Positions 12,310-23,960 of a stretch of 64,000 nt of DNA are shown here, piece by piece. The notes beneath the pieces are model-generated. The model saw only the letters and a program-made list of their open reading frames with translations, was not told where the DNA came from and searched no databases. How positions within the stretch are numbered: the first letter of the stretch is position 1; each line of letters begins with the position of its first letter. The DNA is taken from the NCBI RefSeq assembly GCF_006345805.1, contig NC_042997.1, positions 112,716,001-112,780,000 on the forward strand. The letters are read 5' to 3'. Origin of the DNA: Octopus sinensis (taxonomy: Eukaryota). The position numbers and the translations under genes are program-made.

Positions 12310-13195
12310 GGTGTTATGGAGCAGGAGTTAACTGACCTCTCTCTCTCTCTCTCTCAACTATGCCCCATACATAATAGTCCAGTGGATTGAGGTCTGGTGA
12401 GCTAGGAGGCCCTGTGTCTGGAAGAACATAATTATGGAGATTGGCTTGCCAGCACACTTGGGTTGTCCTAGCCTTATCAGACAGTGAAGAATCCTGCTGG
12501 GAGACGTAGGGTCTTCGATTGTGAACCCTGTCTATCCAGGGTCTCACAACTTTCTCCAACACCTCTGTGTAGACAGCAGCATTGACTCTTAAGCCCAGTA
12601 AAAAAAAAAGTGAAAAGGCACAACATCTCCTGCATTGTTGACAACTCCCAGAACCATAGCACCTTCACAGTTGCTAGGGGTTTAGTATGCATGACCTTTG
12701 AAACCTTATCTTGGTCTTTGCATGACCATCTCTTGTTTTTTCTGTTTGCTTTTTAATCCTGATTGAAATTTCTCTCATTGGAGAAAAACTAAAGCATTCC
12801 AACCTGTTGGTGTTTTGACTTTAACCTGCACTTTGCACAGATTTGATGATTCTCTCTTACCTCATCTGACTTGAACTGACCCCTCCACATCACATGCAAC
12901 TGTACCGGATGTCTTCATAGACAACTCTTCTGAGGGTCCATTCTGAAAACTTGAGGTCTTTTGCAATAGTTGTGATTGACTTTCTGGAGTTTTATCAATT
13001 ATTTCTTGGACATTTTGTACAAAGTCAAGTGTTCTAATGTTATTAGGACCCTATGCTTGCATTTTGCATTTAGCTGCTCATTTTAGATCCCTGTTGGCAG
13101 CTTCCAACTCCTTTTGAACTTTGCCAATGAAAGATCAGACAACTTTCAGTAAGTGACCAATCTCTGTATTATCATGCTGTGCTCTCAAGGCAGCA
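12310..13195 (-). mobile_element. Decayed Tc1/mariner-superfamily transposase (maT/DD37D-like)
   Basis: ORF 12314-12562 contains PPSSPDLNPLDYYVWGIVE; upstream frameshifted VFS.E.F and MHTKPLATVKVL segments. Confidence 0.65.
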
Positions 13196-13240
13196 ATTAC
13201 AGCCCTTTCAATGGCTGAGTCATCCTGATATCTGATATTA

Positions 13241-13635
13241 TCTCTCTATATATAAAGCTGAAGTTGTCTGTGTATGGCAGGTTTGGTAGCCTCCAACTAA
13301 CACTATCTCCTCCGAGACCCTGTGGCGGAAGTTGACCAAAATTGAGAGTATGATAGAAGAAGGCTTGCTCTTCCTTCCATAGAAGAAAAAAATTCAAATC
13401 AGACCATGTTAACACCAAAAATTATTTACATCAAAAAGGTGCTTTTTTTTCTATGAAAATACCTATTTTTTACGATTTTTTGACTGCTGTGTCGCCATTT
13501 TTCAGTGTATTTCAACCAGAAAAAATGTTCACTTAAAGAGAATAACAAGCTACATAATGCAAAATATTTACTTTTCAAAAATTTCAATTCTAAAGGGTCA
13601 AAACAAACCTGAGCAGTGCCGGGCGATACTGCTAG
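13241..13635 (+). mobile_element. Non-autonomous Helitron
   Basis: Inserted in A|T; starts TCTCTCTATATATAAAG; ends with a GC-rich hairpin-like cctgagcagtgccggg followed by CTAG; no TSD. Confidence 0.75.
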
Positions 13636-13731
13636 TTTATCTGAAAAGTAAGGTGAAAAAAAAAGTAAACCAGAAGAATGTTAGAGCTCTTGAAAGAGAT
13701 GTCCTCAAAAGACTGATGCACCCTGTGTATA

Positions 13732-13831
13732 GAATGCACCAGTTCTCATCCGATCACTAAAGTTAAACAACGTCAAGCTGAGATAAGTACTTAGATGGGT
13801 GACTGCTTGGGAAACCTAGGTGCTGTAAGCA
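13732..13831 (+). pseudogene. 5S rRNA pseudogene missing about 20 nt at the 5' end
   Basis: gaatgcaccagttctcatccgatcactaaagttaaacaacgtcaagctgagataagtacttagatgggtgactgcttgggaaacctaggtgctgtaagcat follows invertebrate 5S rRNA positions ~21-120, with many CpG-type transitions. Confidence 0.85.
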
Positions 13832-14415
13832 TCTCACTTATCCTAAGCGGTGCCCCAGCATGGCCTGTCTAATGACTGAAACAAGAACACACACACACAC
13901 ACACACACATTTATTTATTTATGTATGTCGCCTTACTGGCACCTGTGCCGGTGGCATGTGTAAAAGATTCGAGCGAGGTCGTTGCCAGTACCTCCTGACT
14001 GGCCCCAGTGCTGTGACATGTAGAAGGGCACCATTCGAGCGTGATCATTACCAGCGTTGCCTTACTGGCACCTGTGCCGGTGGCATGTGTAAAAAGATTT
14101 GAGCAAGGTCATTGCCAGTACTGCCTGACTGGCCCCCGTGCCGGTGGCACGTAAAAGCACCCACTACACTCTTGGAGTGGTTGGCGTTAGGAAGGGCATC
14201 CAGCTGTAGAAACTCTGCCAGATCAAGATTGAAGCCTGGTGCAGCCATCTAGTTTGCCAGTCCTAAGTCAAACCGTCCAACCCATGCTAGCATGGAAAGC
14301 AGACGTTAAACGATGAACGAACGTTTATATATTTATTTGTGTGTTAATGTGTTTCTGTTTACTTTTTTCAATATACAACCTGTTAATGGGCAGAATATTT
14401 CAATCCGTCTTTCAG

Positions 14416-14559
14416 AAGAAGAGCAGAATGTGATGCTGTCACTGATAGAAAGAATGAAGGCCTTCTTCCAGTCCTTGTCACCATACTTCCGACATGGTAC
14501 AGGAAAGGTCCTATTTCTTGGCCTCTCGTTGTATTTGGTCTTCCTCCATCTCAGGGTCG
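14416..14559 (+). CDS. PEX26: PEX26-like, coding exon 4 including the transmembrane anchor (VLFLGLSLYLVFLHL)
   Basis: ctttcag acceptor at 14415 gives the required phase 1 (the cag at 14393 does not); gtaagt donor at 14560. Confidence 0.78.
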
Positions 14560-14689
14560 GTAAGTTCTTATGTAATTCAAACTCTTCCACTCTTGAAATC
14601 TCACTTTCCTATTTAATGATGGCTTTGGATTTACCTGAGAAGCTTGCTTGAACATGTCACGTATTTGCATGCCGGAGCCAAACATTAGC

Positions 14690-14965
14690 ACTTCCTGCTA
14701 GACGCCATCCTAAACATCTTCCAGACAGTAATCCAAATGCCTCTCACCCAACACCAGTTTAGACATCTTTTATCAGACACCAGTCTAAACACCTCCTGCC
14801 AAACATCAAGCTAAAAACCTTCACCAGATGCCGCTCTAAACACTTCTCACCTACCTAAACACTTCAGACACTAGTTTAAACACCTGCCAAACATCAAGCT
14901 AAACACCTTCACCAGATGCCGCTCTAAACACTTCCCACCAATCACCAACCTAAACACCTGCTAGT
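14690..14965. repeat. Degenerate ~22-bp minisatellite with an internal ~60-bp duplication
   Basis: Recurring ctaaacacct/ccagacacc units; aaacatcaagctaaa..accttcaccagatgccgctctaaacacttc occurs twice. Confidence 0.7.
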
Positions 14966-15092
14966 TCTGCCCTGCCTCCATAAACAATGACCATTGAAGA
15001 CTGGTAACCTCGTCTCTTTCAACAGCACAAACTCTCAGTGACTACATAATCCATATTTCTCACATTTCCTCATTTTTAACACTTGGTCGTTT

Positions 15093-15329
15093 ATTTGTTT
15101 CAGTCATTTGACTGCGGTCATGCTGGAGCACCGCCTTTAGTCGAACAAATCGGCCCCCAGGACTTATTCTTTGTAAGCCCAGTACTTATTCTATTGGGTG
15201 TTTTTTGCTGAACTGCAAAAGTTATGAGGGACGTAAACATGCCAACATCAGTTGTCAAGCGATGGCAGGAGGACAAGCACACACACACACGCATGTATGT
15301 GTATATATATATATATAAATCTCTGTATA

Positions 15330-15379
<50 letters not shown>

Positions 15380-15558
15380 TATATATATACACACACATAG
15401 ATACGACGGGCTTCTTCCAGTTTCTGTCTACTAAATCCACTCATAGTGCTTTGGTTGGCCCAAGGCTATAGTAGAAGACACTTGCCCTTGGTGCCACATA
15501 GTGGGACTGAACCTGGAACCATCTGGTTGGGAAGCAAGTTTCTTACCACACAGCCACT
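15093..15558 (-). mobile_element. tRNA-derived SINE, family B (central (TA)n/(TG)n)
   Basis: Reverse complement of the element at 29326-29725: head gtggctgtgtggtaag..ggttcagtcccact, tail ggcggtgctccagcatg..gcagtcaaatgactgaaacaa. Confidence 0.85.
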
Positions 15559-15974
15559 TTCCTCATTGGACATTTGTTTTTCTTTTCCTCTGCTTAAATC
15601 TACTTCATATTTAGCTTCCCATCTTGCTCTTAAACCTCTCTCTTAATTAATTATTATCATTTCAAATTATGGTGCAAAAAATGTTGGCTGCTATTCTCTT
15701 GCTTTTTACTCTGTTGTGATGTACTCTGTTGTGTTGTACTCTGTTGCTTTGTACTCTAGGTGAAACTCTGATGAAGCAGACCACAGACTGATATACAGTT
15801 TCATTAGAACACAATACCATATTTGATGGCATAAAAAGGGTGCACTGGCTTATCAGGTGCTCCCTAATTTCAGAGGCATATATTCAGGGTGAAACGTTTT
15901 TGATGCATTGAAGTAGTGCTGCAGCTCTGCACCTGAAACCATTGAAAGAAGAAAAGAATTCAAGTTTTCATTGT

Positions 15975-16215
15975 GGAGGTGCATGGCTTTTTGGTTAAGG
16001 TGTTGCACTTATGGTCATCGGATTGTGGTTTCGATTCCTGGCCTGGGCAGTGTGTTGTGTTCTTGAGCAAAACACTTCCTTTTACATTGCTTCAGCCCAC
16101 TCAGCTGGCAAAAGTGAGTAATCTTGTGACAGACCATGCCCCAGGGAGGGAATATATACACTACAGAATCCAAGAAACCAACCTTATGAATCTACGGCTT
16201 GGGAAGGAGCCTTTT
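15975..16215 (+). mobile_element. tRNA-derived SINE, family E
   Basis: Head gcatggc..tggttaaggtgttgcac..ggtttcgattcc, core ttcttgagcaaaacacttc..cactcagctggcaaa; reverse-strand copies near 47700-47915 and 49545-49830. Confidence 0.7.
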
Positions 16216-16501
16216 TCTTTCCCTTTCGAAAGCATGCAATATAGACCTAATTCCACATATAGAATCCAGGGTGATGTTCTTTTGAGGGAGGGAAACTATA
16301 TCTTATATGCCACCAAATATGGTAATTATAGCTTTTCTTTTTGTGGTGCATTTAACTAAAAATCTTACACTTCTTTATAAATTGACTAATTTTTATTAAA
16401 AAATGTTTTGATATTGATTGTGTTGGTTTATTTTTGCTGAAAATAATATTTGTGAAAATAACATTTTATACTTAAGAACACTGTATCTATTTTTATTTAT
16501 A

Positions 16502-16602
16502 ATGCCCACAGGCATATGGCGTAGTGGTTAAGAGTGCGGGCTACTAACCCCAAGATTCCGATTTCGATTCCAGGCAGTGACCTGAATAATAATAATAATA
16601 AT
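16502..16602 (+). mobile_element. Head-only stub of the palindromic hammerhead element
   Basis: Palindrome centre atgcccacaggcat plus tRNA-like head (A box tggcgtagtgg, B-box-like atttcgattcc) ending in (aat)n; no ribozyme part. Confidence 0.75.
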
Positions 16603-17581
16603 TTTCAATTTTTGTTATTTTGACAAATATGAAATACTGACCAAATAAGTTTTAAACTTGAGCTGGTCAGCTGGACTTTAAGGTTCCATAAGGTCCCATG
16701 ATGTTCTCATTTTTAGTAAATTCTATAAAAATTATTAGTAATGGTAGCAGAAAACTTTTGATTATTTATATAATGTAATATGAACTGACTTACCGACATG
16801 TACCACTTCTCTTATATTCACCTCCCTGTAACAAGAGGGGACACCCTGATGCCTCTTTCCTTGGCAACTGGGGTAACCACGGATCTCTGCTACTCAAGAC
16901 ACCTGTTCTTGTCTCTCTTTCTTACATCATTCTTTTTAAACCTGACATGGTGCCACCTCCCTCAATACTGCATCCAACTGTCAAGGGGCCTTGTCTTGTA
17001 AGTTACTTGGTGATCCCACTGTTGGTGCCACACCCAGTCCACTCTGTAAAATTGTTGGTGTTAGGAAGGGCCTCCAGTCATAGAAACCATGCAAAGGCAG
17101 GCATTGGCACTTGGTGTAGTCGTCTGGCTTGCCAGCTCCTGTTTAACCTTCCAATCCTTACCAGCATGGAAAATGGATATTGAATGATGATGATGATGAT
17201 GATGTTTTATAAGTTGGTTAAGGAGGGTGCATGGGGTGACCCCATGACCATTGTAGGTTATCTCTGTGGCATCTCACAGCATCTGCTTATTCTGATTCCC
17301 TACAGTCTTTGTTCAAATTGCAGTGAAGTCAACTTTACCTGTCTTCCTTTCTGGGGTTGGTTAATAAAATTACTGATGCAGGGCAGAGGAATAAGAGAGC
17401 TGTTAGAGGGAGCAGCGGCTAGATGCCTTGTTGTATCTGATAGCTGACAGATTTCTCAAGACATACAGCACAGTTTAGCTGACTTACAATGATGTCTGTT
17501 TTAAGTATGATACGCAGATTGCTAGTTTGAACTAATACTGCTTTTGTCACAAATAACAAAAATTTTCTCATTATCTTTCAG

Positions 17582-17670
17582 AATATTCGGTTTTTGGTAT
17601 AAGGGATATTACACACAAGTTATTTCAAATATATCGGCACCAATTCAAAAGCAATGACTCAAAGACATGA
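17582..17670 (+). CDS. PEX26: PEX26-like, last coding exon (EYSVFGIRDITHKLFQIYRHQFKSNDSKT*)
   Basis: Pyrimidine-rich tctttcag acceptor, phase 1 compatible, TGA at 17668-17670. Total CDS 870 nt = 289 aa with a tail-anchored layout. Confidence 0.75.
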
Positions 17671-18165
17671 GATGTCAACTCGAGAAATCTCTCTTTCTCT
17701 TAATTATCTTCCATAACTTAGCTGCTGTGATCATGATTCATAATTAACAAAGTTGGTATCAGTGAGATATAATTCTTTCTCTTACCTATTTTGTAATAAT
17801 CTCTACACTTGTATATTGTAAACAATAATGTCGGAACTGTATTTTAAAAAAAATATGGTAAAAATCTTCAATGCTAAAATACTAATGTGAAATTTAAATG
17901 CCAGAAGCTTTTCTTTAAGCCTTTAATAAGAACATCTTGCATTTCTTTTTCTGGGATGTTTTGTCTGCAAAATAATTTTATTGTCTTATTTTCAAAGCAT
18001 TTAAGAAAAAAATTTTTTACAAGAATAATTAGCATATTTTGTTTTCATTATAAAACAAAATATTTTGTTTTGTAAATAATTCACCAAATTGGTACCGGGT
18101 TTTTGTTTGTTGGTTTTTGTGTGTGTGGGTGTATAAAAGTTTACTGAAGAATGTAGAACTGGTAG

Positions 18166-18171
18166 AATAAA
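18166..18171 (+). terminator. Candidate polyadenylation signal of the PEX26-like gene
   Basis: AATAAA followed by GT-rich sequence. A second AATAAA lies at 18340-18345; which one is used cannot be determined here. Confidence 0.3.
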
Positions 18172-19040
18172 GAGTACATTCCAAATTGTATGTGTGCTGG
18201 GATGTGTGTGTGTGTGTGTGTGTGTTAGTGAATGGGTGTAACAGAAATTTTGCTGGAAGACATTTGTAAAAGAAAGAAATTATTTCAATTTTATTGACCT
18301 TTGTGTCTGATCAATTCTTTTTAAAAGATTTTATTACCCAATAAAATATGTTTAAGATTTTTGATAAGCCAGAAAATAGAAATATTTCGTAGAAATAGTT
18401 GTGAATTTCGCACTAAATTTCATTCATTGACAAATTACTTTCTTTATACCTGACACCATGTTAAACAGACTGTTTAACATATGTTAAGTAAATGTTAAAC
18501 AGATATTAAAAAGAAATATTTAGGAATTTATAATTTTTTTTCTCCTAATATTTCATTAAATTTAGTTCAGCTCTTTGTCTAGAAAATATAAAGTTTGTTA
18601 TATTAAAAAATTCTATGGATATTTTAGAACAAGAAATAGTTTTTAAGTAAGCTTTACTTACGAATATTTAACTAATAAAATATGGAAAAATAAAATGCAT
18701 ACAAAGGCAAATTTTCAAAGCTGTTCTTATTTTTATTTTTAAATATATTTAAAGATAAAACTCTGATTTTTATTGGAGAAGAATGAGTTGCAATTTACGT
18801 ATGAAAATGTCTATAAAAGGAGTTCCATAAATCAGGAGTTTATTTGCCCAGAATGAAGAAATTTTATGAAATTCAAAACCAAGATCTAATTAAGACAGTT
18901 CTGAAGCTTTGGTTTTCTTTTTCTTCTTCATAGTTTTGACATTTCCTCAGATATTTCTTATAGAGTCCAGATTATATTAAATTGATAATGTTTTAAATTT
19001 TCTTTCAATGTTAAAAATGAAAATTGATATGATTAACTTC

Positions 19041-19548
19041 TGTACATTATTTATATTTGATGGATATTTGTCCTCATCTTGTTTGTTTTTAACACAACAT
19101 TTTGGCTGATATACCCTCCAGCCTTCATCAGGTGTCTTGGAGAAATTTCAAACCTGGGTTCTAATTCCTAAGGTATTTTTCAATGTTATTATTATTATTA
19201 TTTAGGTCGCTGCTTGGAATCAAACTCGGAATCTTGGGGTTAGTAGCCCACGCTCTTAACCACTATGCCATATGCCTTTGGGCTCACAGGCATATGGTAT
19301 AGAGGTTAAGAGCATGGGCTACTCACCCTAAGATTCTGAGTTCGATTCTAGGCAGTGATCTTAATAATAATAACATTGAAAAATACCTTAGGAATGAGAA
19401 CCCAGGTTTGAAATTTCCCCAAGACACCAGATGAAGGCTTGAGGGTATATCAGCTGAAACTTTGTGTTAACAACAAACAAGATGAGGACAAAATATCTGT
19501 CAAATGTAAATAATGTAAATAATTCCTCATCTCTTAAATATAGAACTG
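19041..19548. mobile_element. Palindromic tRNA-headed hammerhead element, copy 3
   Basis: Inverted arms; near-TSD gattaact(t/c)ctg at 19031 and 19549; left arm about 29 nt shorter; both ribozyme cores mutated. Confidence 0.85.
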
Positions 19549-19775
19549 GATTAACTCCTGGTTGAATTATAAATAAATTTTAAAATTTATAAATAATTGC
19601 AAAGATTTTTAACATAAAATATTATAAATATATTTATAATATAATATTTTATAATATAAATGAAATATATTTATATTATTATATATTATGTAAAATATTA
19701 AAAGCAATAATTTGAGATAGTAAAAGAGCAACAGATGGCTTTTTGATCTTGGTTCTGCTACCAATAGATACTGCT

Positions 19776-20207
19776 TTAATCCTTTTGTTACCATATTTCC
19801 ATTAAAATTTCATGTAAATTTTAATGAAGCATAAATTATGAAAATTTGATGGAAGATTTTAATTTAGAATGGTACAACCCTTTGTTACTGTAATTTCTGT
19901 TAAGATTTACTACCTTTGTGTCAATTAATTTTCAAAACAACAAAAAATTCATCAAAATAACTTTGTCATTATTAAGCTGGGACATAAATTAAGAAAGAAA
20001 TTTTGATGGACGATTTCAATGTAGATCACTTTAACCTGTTAGTTACCATATTTTTATTGAAATACACAGCCTTTATTTCAATCAATTTTAAAATAATGAA
20101 GAATTTATTATGAAAAAAAAAAAACCTTTATTATTGAGCTGGTATTTGGACCATGTATTAACAAGGAATTTAAAATTTTGATGGAAGGTTTTCAATCAGA
20201 TCACTTT
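19776..20207 (+). repeat. Three tandem, truncated copies of a piggyBac-type MITE
   Basis: Units start (tt)aaccc/tccttttgttac and stop near ttttgatggaag..aatttaga; homologous to the single TIR-bounded copy at 26274-26493. Confidence 0.6.
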
Positions 20208-20647
20208 ACAGTAGGAAGTTTCTATCACAAAACCAACGAACAGCCTGAGGTGGGTTTCTATCAAAAGGTTTAAGTCTCTTCAGTGGATCTGCTGCTGTTT
20301 TCTGTTTCAAATTGGTGTTTATTAATGCCTAGCATCTTTTATCTAAGGAATAATGATGGTGATGCGAGACATTTATGGGAGAAGTCCATAGTCTCTTGAT
20401 ACCTGCCACACAAACACACTTTTGTCAATGAAAGCAACAAGCTGTGCTGATACATATTTTTATCATTGAAGCTGAAGTAGATTGGAAGGGATGAGGCTAG
20501 GCATCCAGAGAGGGAGAACTGGATCGTTCGATCACTCTTTTTTACAGTAATTCACAGCTGGGGGTCACGATATAAGATTTTGTTGCCAAAGTTTATATGC
20601 AATAAATTTGCTATATTCCTACTAAAGAAAATATTTTAGCAATTTTT

Positions 20648-20711
20648 GGTGTAATGTTTAGCACTCTGGACTTTGAATCCAGTGATCCAAGTTCAAGTCT
20701 CGGTAGAACCT
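20648..20711 (+). pseudogene. tRNA-Gln(TTG) pseudogene lacking the 5' acceptor strand
   Basis: ggtgtaatgtttagcactctggacTTTGAAtccagtgatccaagttcaagtctcggtagaacct matches eukaryotic tRNA-Gln(UUG) from position 9; the first 8 nt are replaced by caattttt. Confidence 0.85.
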
Positions 20712-23179
20712 GAACTCCTTCAATGCGGTGCCCCACCATGGTTGCAGTCAAATGACTGAAACAAGTAAAAGGGTAAAAGAATAATTCCTAATGATATCTT
20801 ATATAAGGTGATTTTATTTAAGCATTAAATGGCTATGAGGGTCCAGTAGAACAAAATAGGAATCAGAGGGGGGGGGAGTTCCATGTGTGAAAAAGTGGTT
20901 GTGAAACACTGCTTTAGCACAAGTTTTGTACAATTCTAAAAAAAACACCACAAAAAAACCCAACAAAAGCATGTCAGCTCTCTTGCCCATACCACACTCC
21001 ACCACCACTAATCTCTACTTCCTCATGGACCCTATTAAATCATTGAGATGTTGGTGTTTTTTCCTCTTCACACTGACAGACTTCAAACTGTTCCTCTGTG
21101 ATTCATAGACTGCTGCCTCCCCAAAACATTGGAATTTCTCTCTCTTCCTACACCAATTACTATTATTTATCTTTTCTTTGATTCTTGTTTCAGATTTAAC
21201 TTCCATTTTCTGAAAACTGTTGGTTCATTTTTTTTTAATCTCTATATAAAGATTTCAAACTTTGGCACAAGGCCAGCAATTTAGGGGAGTGTTGGGGGGT
21301 GTCAATTGTATTGACCCTGTGCTCAACTGCTACTTATTTTATTGACCCTGGAAGGATGAAAGGTGGCTTTAACCTCAGTGGAATTTGAACTCAGAATGTA
21401 AAGATGGACAAAATAGCCTTCTTAACCCCAATCACTTAAGAGTACACTGGGTACTTTTTTCACGGCACCTGTATTGGTGGGGTTGCCTTAAAACTTGCAA
21501 AACTATGATCTCCTTTGACTTAGTGGAGCTTCAGTAGAAAGGGGGTGCGGTTTTATGCTGATGTGAGAAAAGGGGATAGAAGACTGGCATTTTACTGTGG
21601 AGAAGCTACATGGCTAGCCACATTATAGAAGAAAGAGATGGAAGTGACTGGGATGGAGTAGGAAAGAGAGATGAAAATAGTGGTGACAAGGTGTCAGGAT
21701 GGGCCCTGAAGGTACAAAGGGAGTAGAAATGAGTAGGGGTGTGAGGAAAGGGAGTGTGGTTGGGTATCGGCCACAGGAGTGTATGGGGAGAGTGAGAGAC
21801 AGATGAGGAATGGGTTTAGGAGTGGAATATAATGAAGACTAGGTTGAGGAAGGAGAAGTAGGGAAGAGTAGGTGACAACTGTAGAAATTGAGTAGAGTTG
21901 AGGGGTGGATGTAGTGAATAGGAGATAAGGGATGGGGTCCGAAATATCTATTTTGGCACAAGGGCAGCAATTTCAGAAGAGGGGGAAGATTGATTACATC
22001 AACCCCAGCACATAACTGGTACTTATTTTATAGACCCCAAAAGGCAAGTCAAGCTTTGTGGGGATTTGAACTCAAAATATAGGAATGCACAAAATGCTGG
22101 TAAGCATTTTGCCCAGCCTGCTAACAGTTCTGCCGACTCACCGCCTTGGACGGCACCATATATATTGACTAGAGCATTATAGCATTTTGATTTATGTCTG
22201 TTTTCCCATGCTAGCATGTGTTAGAGGAATATATATATATTTGGGGCATCATTTTTACAGCCAGATGCCACTCCTGCTGCTAACCCTTGTCTTTCAAGTT
22301 AGGGATCTCCTCATCCACATATCTTTAAAGATGAAAAGCCAGCAGACAATCTGCTACCAGGGGAAATGTCAACAAAGTTATCACTTTTTTTTGGAAAAAC
22401 ACAAATGTAAACGCACACACGTCCACATTGCTATGCTTGTATGGGTCAGTCAGATTTTGTTGCTACATATTTTATATAGCCAGATGCTTTTCGTGTCACC
22501 AACCTTCACTTGTTTCGAAGCAAGGTAATATTTCTCCATGGCCAGGCATGTTTTCCACAAAATACCAGAAAGGAAAAACATTGCTTTTATAATGGAGCAG
22601 CTTATTTACAACACTCACATGCTGACAAGACAAGAGGACATACACACACACACACACATATATAATTTTTTCTTTTATTCTTTTACTTGTTTCAGTCACA
22701 TGACTGCAGCCATGCTGGAGCACTGCTTTTTAGTCGAACAAATTGAGCCCAGGACTTATTCTTTGTAAGCCTAGTATTCTATCAGTCTCTTTTGCTGAAC
22801 CACTAAGTTATGGGGACATAGACATGCCACCATCAGTTGTCATGCGATGGTGGACACACACACACATACGATGGGCTACTTTCAGTTTCCATCTGCCAAA
22901 TCCACCCACAAGGCTTTGGTCTGCCCAAGGTGCCATGTAGTTAGTAAGCAAGCTACTTACCGCACAGCCACTCCTGCACCACAAACCCGAACCATACATA
23001 TTAAATGATTTCAACAGATCACGATTTGATGCTAGGACAAATCAGCTGGTCTTGACTTATCAAATATTTTATGAAGTGTTTTCGTTAGCAGTTGGGTCTG
23101 TTGCAAGTCTGACAAAGCCTTCATCAATGGAATATCCTTTATATAGCATCATCACCACTTTAAGTCTTTTGATTTAGAT

Positions 23180-23454
23180 TATTGGTTCCCAAAGGGGGCA
23201 GTGGAAAGATTCAGGGGGGGCATTGAAGAAAAGTGGGTTGATAATGGATTCACCAAAATGAGGTGATAGATGCAAAAAAAACCCCCAAAAAACTATTAAT
23301 AGATTAATTAGGTTTAAGTTTAATTTGTGAAATACAGTTGATCTGAATTTGCTGCAGAAAGTGGTCTATACTTGTGATGGGGAGGGGGAGGGGTGCTAGA
23401 AATGAGGCCTGGGTGCCAAGGGGGTGGCAGCCAGAAAAAGTTTTGGAACCACTG
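23180..23454. mobile_element. hAT (Charlie-like) MITE
   Basis: Termini (ta)ttggttcccaaa and ttttggaaccactg; 8-bp TSD atttagat on both sides. Confidence 0.8.
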
Positions 23455-23745
23455 ATTTAGATGATCAAAAGCTGTAATGTTGCTTTTGTGTGGTTAGCAC
23501 AGCCGATGGTACAGCAAACCCTGTGTGTGAACCCTGCTGGGGCCATTACGACTTTTTCTAGCTTCTATATTGCATATATGTGTGTGTGTGTGTTTGTATA
23601 AATCTCTTGATTCGCCAGAAGTTATAACTTAAAGAACTCAATACAAGTGTAGAGTATTCTCTAGCATGTTGTGAAAGGCTCTGATTTCTTGTACTCAGTT
23701 GCTCAGTAAATGAGTGTTTATGTGTTTATATTATGTGTCTGTGCA

Positions 23746-23960
23746 AAGCGGCGAGTTGGCAGAATCGTTAGCACACCGGGCAAAATGCTTAGCAGTATTT
23801 CGTCTGTCGACATGTTCTGAGTTCAAATTCTGCCGAGGTCAACTCTGCCTTTCATCCTTTTGGGGTCAATAAATAAAGTACCAGTTTTACACTGGGGTCG
23901 ATGTAATCGACCTAATCCCTTTGTCGGTCTTTGTTTGTCCTCTTGTGGGCAGTAAAGAAA
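23746..23960 (+). mobile_element. tRNA-derived SINE, family A (long tail)
   Basis: Perfect 21-bp TSD tttatattatgtgtctgtgca (23725-23745 and 23961-23981). Confidence 0.9.

Noticed and set aside
14313-14415. Using the ATG at 14313 or the acceptor at 14393 for PEX26 exon 4
   Set aside because: The ATG lies in an RTE tail, and the 14393 acceptor is out of phase with exon 3.
15118-15444. ORFs rich in YI/CV repeats (similar ones elsewhere)
   Set aside because: They come from the (TA)n/(TG)n core of SINE family B.
15768-15900. CTGATGA at 15768 with GAAACGTT at 15891 as a second hammerhead
   Set aside because: I could not build a convincing helix II or helix I on either strand. An Infernal search would settle it.
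20640-20711. Functional tRNA-Gln gene
   Set aside because: The 5' acceptor strand is missing and the A box is altered, so it is called a pseudogene.
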